A stretch of 64,000 nucleotides of DNA. Source: an uncultured Planctomycetales bacterium. GTDB lineage: Bacteria > Omnitrophota > Gorgyraeia > Gygaellales > Profunditerraquicolaceae. Below the pieces are notes generated by a model. That model was not told where the DNA came from. It ran no database searches and saw only the letters and a program-made list of their open reading frames with translations. Of this stretch, positions 63,001 through 64,000 are shown in pieces. Positions within the stretch are counted from its first letter, which is position 1; every line of letters begins with the position of its first letter. The position numbers were made by a program, and so were the translations under genes. The stretch spans positions 3,693-67,692 of the forward strand of contig CAZRVK010000003.1 of NCBI GenBank assembly GCA_964603585.1. The letters run 5' to 3'.

Positions 63001-64000
63001 TCTTAGGCGGCATGGTTCCGGTTTAGGCCTGGCTGAATTAGTTTGTGTGGCGCATGACCATGGGGGTGAAGTAGAAATAGATTCTTTTACCGCTGAAGAT
63101 GCTAATTCCGATTCAAGAGACTTTTTCATTCCTTTAAGAATGGCGTTGGAGGAAAATCCTCTTTACCACAGCCAGGTAAAGGATGTTTATCTTATTTTGA
63201 AACGCGCATCTTCTGAAATGGAAACAGAACTGGGAGAAATATTGATCAATCCGGTTAACGCTGAAAGCGTAAGAAAATTAATCAAGATGTTTGAACAGTG
63301 TCTATTACCGGCCCGGGATTTAGCGCTTAGCCAGTTACAGGGGGCTGGAGGGTTTACATTACTGGAAAATATTCTCAAACAGGTCATTGACAGTTTGTTT
63401 TCAGCTTTTGAAGAAGCTTTAGGCCAGGATTACAGTGAACCTATCCTGCAGGAGGCGATTACCAGGTATCGTAAGCTTATGGATCATTTCCATAGGCTGG
63501 TTAATTCCAAACGCATGGATATCGGTACAACTGTTACTGTAACCTTGCCGGTTAAGGTAAATTCTCCGGAGCTTCTGGCCGGGGATTTAAGTGCGTTTTG
63601 TGTTCTTCCGGGGGTATTCTCTGGGAATACGGGGTTAGTTTTAATAATACTCTTTGTATTGGGTTTAAGCGGAACGATTTATGCCGTAAGCAGCCGCAAA
63701 GTATGCAATGAAAGCGATTTAGGGATTAGGTTATCGGAGTTACCATCCGCCGCTAAAGAATACCATCAGGGATTTCAATATTTACTTGGGATCTTAGAGG
63801 AAGCAACCGGCCGTTACCAAACCGTCGATGAAGAGTTATCCCAGGCGGATATTACTTACGCAGAAGATCTTTTACGTAAAATGTTCGAGGTTACTAATTT
63901 AACCGGATCCCAGCGCAATGTTTTAGTTCTTTATCTGGCTGGTTTGGATATTGCACAGATAGCCGCAGTATTGAATAGAAGCATTTATGGTGTCCGTCAA
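2..64000 (+). CDS. Fragment of one giant multidomain ORF (at least 21,333 codons, partial at both ends)
   Basis: Phase-2 codons read manually over nt 2-4140 and 23522-64000 with no TAA/TAG/TGA; about 40 further spot checks elsewhere. All recognised domain motifs are in this phase. ORF track shows no + strand ORF above 133 aa and only short antisense ORFs. Confidence 0.85.
8..703 (+). other. N-domain repeat copy A ([25 protein letters not shown]...), ends at LQTSGVRK
   Basis: About 55-60 percent aa identity to copy B at 3991; both preceded by G-S. Confidence 0.6.
680..703 (+). repeat. Junction motif LQTSGVRK (1 of 4)
   Basis: ctg cag acc agt ggg gtg agg aaa in phase 2. Confidence 0.8.
1090..2100 (+). 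other. B12-binding-like N-domain plus radical SAM core (variant Cx4Cx2C)
   Basis: [13 protein letters not shown] at 1442-1468; [19 protein letters not shown] and GFIFFDP downstream; KYIILLGNT...MVVGEGE upstream. Confidence 0.55.
2567..2590 (+). repeat. Junction motif variant LQTSSLRK
   Basis: ttg cag acc tcc tcc tta cgt aaa. Confidence 0.6.
3991..4717 (+). other. N-domain repeat copy B ([25 protein letters not shown]...), ends at LQTSGVRK
   Basis: Homologous to 8-703 along its whole length, including the ETT(D/E)xExxYF...GIxPRILD...WTGKxHF block. Confidence 0.6.
4694..4717 (+). repeat. Junction motif LQTSGVRK (2 of 4)
   Basis: ttg cag act agt ggg gta agg aag. Confidence 0.8.
6060..6560 (+). 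other. HD-superfamily hydrolase domain, RelA/SpoT-like
   Basis: [14 protein letters not shown] ... [18 protein letters not shown] (HDTVED at 6242-6259). Confidence 0.5.
6773..6796 (+). repeat. Junction motif LQTSGVRK (3 of 4)
   Basis: ctt cag act agc gga gtg agg aag. Confidence 0.8.
6830..7990 (+). other. DUF362-like domain
   Basis: [10 protein letters not shown] ... [10 protein letters not shown] ... [21 protein letters not shown] ... [16 protein letters not shown]. Confidence 0.45.
8030..8053 (+). repeat. Junction motif LQTSGIRK (4 of 4)
   Basis: ctt cag acc agt gga att agg aag. Confidence 0.8.
8360..9400 (+). other. PHP-family metal-dependent phosphoesterase domain
   Basis: [37 protein letters not shown] ... 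VAVYAHPGW. Confidence 0.6.
9626..9649 (+). repeat. Junction motif variant LQTSSLRK
   Basis: ctt caa act tca tcg ctt cgc aaa; followed by ...[19 protein letters not shown]. Confidence 0.6.
9746..9763 (+). repeat. Junction motif SLDNGG (1 of 12)
   Basis: agt ctt gat aac ggt gga. Confidence 0.8.
9770..10480 (+). other. Archaemetzincin-like zinc metallopeptidase module
   Basis: [33 protein letters not shown] (HEIGH at 10298-10312; HExxHxxGx..HCx4CxM pattern of peptidase family M54). Confidence 0.5.
10487..10504 (+). repeat. Junction motif SLDNGG (2 of 12)
   Basis: tct ctt gac aat ggc ggc. Confidence 0.8.
10510..12230 (+). other. pgi: Glucose-6-phosphate isomerase (PGI) domain, apparently complete
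   Basis: GIGGSDLGP (10982-11008), DMESNGK (11585-11605), [24 protein letters not shown]. Confidence 0.85.
12251..12268 (+). repeat. Junction motif SIDNGG (3 of 12)
   Basis: tct atc gat aat ggc ggt; preceded by KDNGS. Confidence 0.75.
12290..12960 (+). other. HAD-superfamily hydrolase-like module 1 (motif I lacks second Asp)
   Basis: VIFDWGNVI (12317-12343), [24 protein letters not shown]. Confidence 0.55.
12980..12997 (+). repeat. Junction motif SLDNGG (4 of 12)
   Basis: tct tta gat aac ggt ggt. Confidence 0.8.
13010..14370 (+). other. ROK/glucokinase-type sugar kinase module with C-terminal helical extension
   Basis: YIGISMGG (13043-13063), [27 protein letters not shown]. Confidence 0.6.
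14375..14392 (+). repeat. Junction motif SLDNGG (5 of 12)
   Basis: tct tta gat aat gga gga. Confidence 0.8.
14400..14760 (+). other. Response-regulator receiver (REC) domain
   Basis: [12 protein letters not shown] ... [14 protein letters not shown] (phospho-acceptor Asp near 14558) ... IVLHTK. Confidence 0.7.
14792..14809 (+). repeat. Junction motif SLDNAG (6 of 12)
   Basis: tct ttg gat aat gca gga. Confidence 0.7.
14815..15770 (+). other. Helical N-part plus HAD-like hydrolase module 2 (motif I lacks second Asp)
   Basis: [11 protein letters not shown] (about 15361-15393), [17 protein letters not shown]. Confidence 0.5.
15776..15793 (+). repeat. Junction motif SFDNGG (7 of 12)
   Basis: tct ttt gat aac ggt gga. 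Confidence 0.75.
15800..17040 (+). other. Unassigned module ending in a hydrophobic helix cluster
   Basis: [53 protein letters not shown] at about 16780-16950. Confidence 0.4.
17048..17065 (+). repeat. Junction motif SFDNGG (8 of 12)
   Basis: tca ttc gat aac ggg gga. Confidence 0.75.
17070..17980 (+). other. Polytopic membrane-like module (at least 5 hydrophobic helices)
   Basis: [27 protein letters not shown]; [22 protein letters not shown]; [19 protein letters not shown]; [16 protein letters not shown]. Confidence 0.45.
17984..18001 (+). repeat. Junction motif SLDNGG (9 of 12)
   Basis: tct ttg gat aac gga ggg. Confidence 0.8.
18860..19100 (+). other. CBM48/E-set-like carbohydrate-binding beta-sandwich, copy 1
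   Basis: [65 protein letters not shown] (GxYxYKFxVDGxW pattern). Confidence 0.45.
19127..19144 (+). repeat. Junction motif PLDNGG (10 of 12)
   Basis: cct tta gat aac ggg gga. Confidence 0.75.
19150..20790 (+). other. Phosphoglucomutase/phosphomannomutase domain
   Basis: GTSGIRG (19199-19219), [12 protein letters not shown] (active-site Ser loop), SADGDADRP (metal loop), [15 protein letters not shown] (C-terminal). Confidence 0.8.
20795..20830 (+). repeat. Junction motif [12 protein letters not shown] (11 of 12, doubled)
   Basis: tct ctg gat aat gga ggg gaa ata gat aat ggc gga. Confidence 0.8.
20850..21220 (+). other. CBM48/E-set-like carbohydrate-binding beta-sandwich, copy 2
   Basis: [67 protein letters not shown]. 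Confidence 0.45.
22380..22760 (+). other. Protein-kinase-like module
   Basis: [30 protein letters not shown] (catalytic-loop-like, 22619-22651). Confidence 0.35.
22980..23120 (+). other. Histidine-kinase-like ATPase (HATPase_c-like) segment
   Basis: [21 protein letters not shown] ... [10 protein letters not shown]. Confidence 0.35.
23566..23805 (+). CDS. Candidate 79-aa ORF overlapping the giant ORF in the +1 phase
   Basis: AGGAGG 7 nt upstream of the ATG; upstream stop at 23545; product [45 protein letters not shown]... has ordinary composition, whereas the giant-ORF phase here is Ser/Cys/Leu-rich and low-complexity. Confidence 0.2.
   Translation: MSRFEQLEFTRVMSREAGIFIFAKYPGWYYEYNFLIQPNGKVQGKTSFNNWVELSRELSDMVTARVKTVFISQKERISS
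23864..23881 (+). repeat. Junction motif SLDNGG (12 of 12)
   Basis: tct ttg gat aat gga gga; preceded by [16 protein letters not shown], cf. [15 protein letters not shown] at 9700. Confidence 0.8.
23890..25400 (+). other. Glu/Leu/Phe/Val dehydrogenase-family domain
   Basis: [12 protein letters not shown] (Lys at 24257-24259), [15 protein letters not shown] (dinucleotide-binding), [14 protein letters not shown]. Confidence 0.75.
26500..26720 (+). other. Recurrent RGPP module, copy 1
   Basis: [67 protein letters not shown]. Confidence 0.3.
29186..29253. repeat. Perfect 26-bp inverted repeat with 16-nt loop
   Basis: aataaaggggacgtttctattttcgc (29186-29211) / gcgaaaatagaaacgtcccctttatt (29228-29253); loop agcgcttaagactatg holds an in-frame ATG at 29225-29227. 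Confidence 0.9.
29321..29392 (+). other. Lipoprotein-type signal-peptide-like segment with lipobox, internal to the ORF
   Basis: [24 protein letters not shown] (Cys codon 29384-29386). Confidence 0.4.
30668..30860 (+). other. Sigma-70 region-4 / LuxR-type helix-turn-helix module
   Basis: [62 protein letters not shown]. Confidence 0.5.
32560..33710 (+). other. Phosphate acetyl/butyryltransferase (PTA_PTB)-like module
   Basis: [16 protein letters not shown] ... [58 protein letters not shown]. Confidence 0.6.
33700..34310 (+). other. Acetate/butyrate-kinase-like module, truncated (about 200 aa)
   Basis: [19 protein letters not shown] (cf. the acetate kinase N-terminal loop) and [17 protein letters not shown] ... 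EMLVIARDT (C-terminal part); central region absent. Confidence 0.4.
37380..37660 (+). other. TPR-like repeats
   Basis: [35 protein letters not shown] ... [29 protein letters not shown]. Confidence 0.3.
39960..39985 (+). other. HExxH motif (possible second metallopeptidase-like site)
   Basis: [22 protein letters not shown]. Confidence 0.2.
40440..40900 (+). other. HD-GYP-like HD domain
   Basis: [13 protein letters not shown] (HD at 40571-40576), [28 protein letters not shown]. Confidence 0.55.
41290..41760 (+). other. Degenerate class I methyltransferase-like module
   Basis: [29 protein letters not shown]; [10 protein letters not shown] in place of NPPY. Confidence 0.3.
41990..42290 (+). 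other. CBM48/E-set-like carbohydrate-binding beta-sandwich, copy 3
   Basis: [69 protein letters not shown]. Confidence 0.35.
43480..43800 (+). other. Class I SAM-dependent methyltransferase module
   Basis: [16 protein letters not shown] ... [37 protein letters not shown]. Confidence 0.6.
44460..45250 (+). other. Methylenetetrahydrofolate reductase (MetF)-like module
   Basis: [11 protein letters not shown] (cf. VSFEFFPPRT), [10 protein letters not shown] (cf. AAYPEVHPEA), [12 protein letters not shown] (cf. AGANRAITQFFFD), [11 protein letters not shown]. Confidence 0.4.
46060..46500 (+). other. Class I SAM-dependent methyltransferase module
   Basis: [21 protein letters not shown] ... [12 protein letters not shown]. 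Confidence 0.5.
46660..47100 (+). other. Cluster of 4 hydrophobic helices
   Basis: [23 protein letters not shown]; [20 protein letters not shown]; [22 protein letters not shown]; [19 protein letters not shown]. Confidence 0.5.
47390..47530 (+). other. Cytidine/deoxycytidylate-deaminase-like zinc-binding module
   Basis: [11 protein letters not shown] (HSE 47417-47425) and [10 protein letters not shown] (PCxxC 47501-47515). Confidence 0.5.
48900..48960 (+). other. Second radical SAM-type cysteine triad (Cx3Cx2C)
   Basis: [21 protein letters not shown]. Confidence 0.3.
51950..52430 (+). other. Low-molecular-weight phosphotyrosine phosphatase / ArsC-family module
   Basis: [18 protein letters not shown] (CX5R(S) P-loop at 51977-52000) ... 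[15 protein letters not shown] ... [10 protein letters not shown]. Confidence 0.5.
54330..54560 (+). other. Pol-beta-type nucleotidyltransferase module
   Basis: [24 protein letters not shown] (GS...D.D pattern). Confidence 0.55.
55640..56800 (+). other. PLP-dependent Trp-synthase-beta-fold (PALP) module, threonine dehydratase/cysteine synthase-like
   Basis: [10 protein letters not shown] ... [19 protein letters not shown] (Lys 55784-55786), [29 protein letters not shown]. Confidence 0.65.
57060..57400 (+). other. GNAT-family N-acetyltransferase module
   Basis: [30 protein letters not shown] (motif A R/QxxGxG/A). Confidence 0.45.
59430..59900 (+). other. Weak methyltransferase-like module
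   Basis: [33 protein letters not shown] ... [13 protein letters not shown] ... [16 protein letters not shown]. Confidence 0.3.
60640..61070 (+). other. Class I SAM-dependent methyltransferase module
   Basis: [33 protein letters not shown] ... [13 protein letters not shown]. Confidence 0.5.
62000..62200 (+). other. Recurrent RGPP module, copy 2
   Basis: [56 protein letters not shown]. Confidence 0.3.
62800..63080 (+). other. Histidine-kinase-type ATPase (HATPase_c) module
   Basis: [15 protein letters not shown] (N box), [10 protein letters not shown] (G1, 62942-62959), [11 protein letters not shown] (G2). Confidence 0.6.
63840..64000 (+). other. Sigma-70 region-4 / LuxR-type helix-turn-helix module (cut by window end)
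   Basis: [47 protein letters not shown]. Confidence 0.45.

Noticed and set aside
2-64000. Interpretation as an operon of many separate genes (pgi, pgm, gdh, pta and so on)
   Set aside because: There is no in-frame stop between any of the domains and none of the domains starts with a credible start codon plus ribosome-binding site. Boundaries are instead marked by conserved in-frame peptide motifs.
1-64000. Stop-free frame explained by an alternative genetic code
   Set aside because: Code reassignment can remove one stop codon, but here all three (TAA, TAG, TGA) are absent from phase 2 while present at normal density in the other five phases. Absence of stops is therefore due to selection for an open frame.

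Overview
The whole 64-kb window appears to lie inside a single + strand reading frame (phase 2, nt 2..64000) with no stop codon across 21,333 codons, open at both ends, so it is a fragment of a giant gene longer than 64 kb. I translated nt 2-4140 and 23522-64000 codon by codon in this phase and found no in-frame stop; the rest I spot-checked at about 40 line boundaries, and every module motif falls in the same phase. The ORF track agrees: it lists no + strand ORF above 133 aa, and every minus-strand ORF is under 200 aa, consistent with antisense shadows of the giant gene. The encoded protein is a mosaic of at least 45 recognisable modules.

Modules recognised from motifs:
- Sugar-phosphate metabolism: ROK-type glucokinase, glucose-6-phosphate isomerase ([30 protein letters not shown]), phosphoglucomutase (GTSGIRG, TGSHIP, DGDADR), two HAD-like hydrolase modules, and three CBM48-like carbohydrate-binding beta-sandwich domains.
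- Other metabolic enzymes: a phosphotransacetylase-like module followed by a truncated acetate-kinase-like module, a Glu/Leu/Phe/Val dehydrogenase module ([18 protein letters not shown]), a PLP-dependent PALP module (SFKIRG) and an MTHFR-like module.
- Modification enzymes: two radical SAM signatures (one Cx4Cx2C with a B12-binding-like N-domain), at least four class I SAM methyltransferase modules, a cytidine-deaminase-like zinc site, a Pol-beta nucleotidyltransferase, a GNAT acetyltransferase and a low-molecular-weight phosphotyrosine phosphatase (CX5R).
- Signalling and regulation: a response-regulator receiver domain, histidine-kinase-like ATPase domains, a protein-kinase-like catalytic loop, an HD-GYP-like HD domain, a RelA/SpoT-like HD domain, TPR-like repeats and several sigma-70 region-4 / LuxR-type helix-turn-helix modules.
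- Other: a PHP phosphoesterase, a DUF362-like module, an archaemetzincin-like zinc peptidase, and roughly 35 hydrophobic helices interspersed between the soluble domains.

Two short conserved peptide motifs mark module boundaries. LQTSG(V/I)RK occurs 4 times, plus 2 LQTSSLRK variants, in nt 1-9700. (S/P)(L/F/I)DNGG occurs 12 times in nt 9700-23900.

Other notable signals:
- An internal duplication of an N-terminal domain about 240 aa long (nt 8 and nt 3991).
- A perfect 26-bp inverted repeat (29186-29253) whose loop holds an in-frame ATG, followed by a lipoprotein-like signal peptide with an MVGC lipobox.
- A 79-aa ORF overlapping in the +1 phase (23566-23805) with a perfect AGGAGG Shine-Dalgarno sequence.
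- Several catalytic motifs that are degenerate.

No rRNA, tRNA, CRISPR array or obvious mobile element was recognised. Giant ORFs over 30,000 aa have been reported from Omnitrophota metagenomes; this looks like that class of gene, but its domain content (central-metabolism enzymes strung together with conserved junction motifs) is the unusual part.
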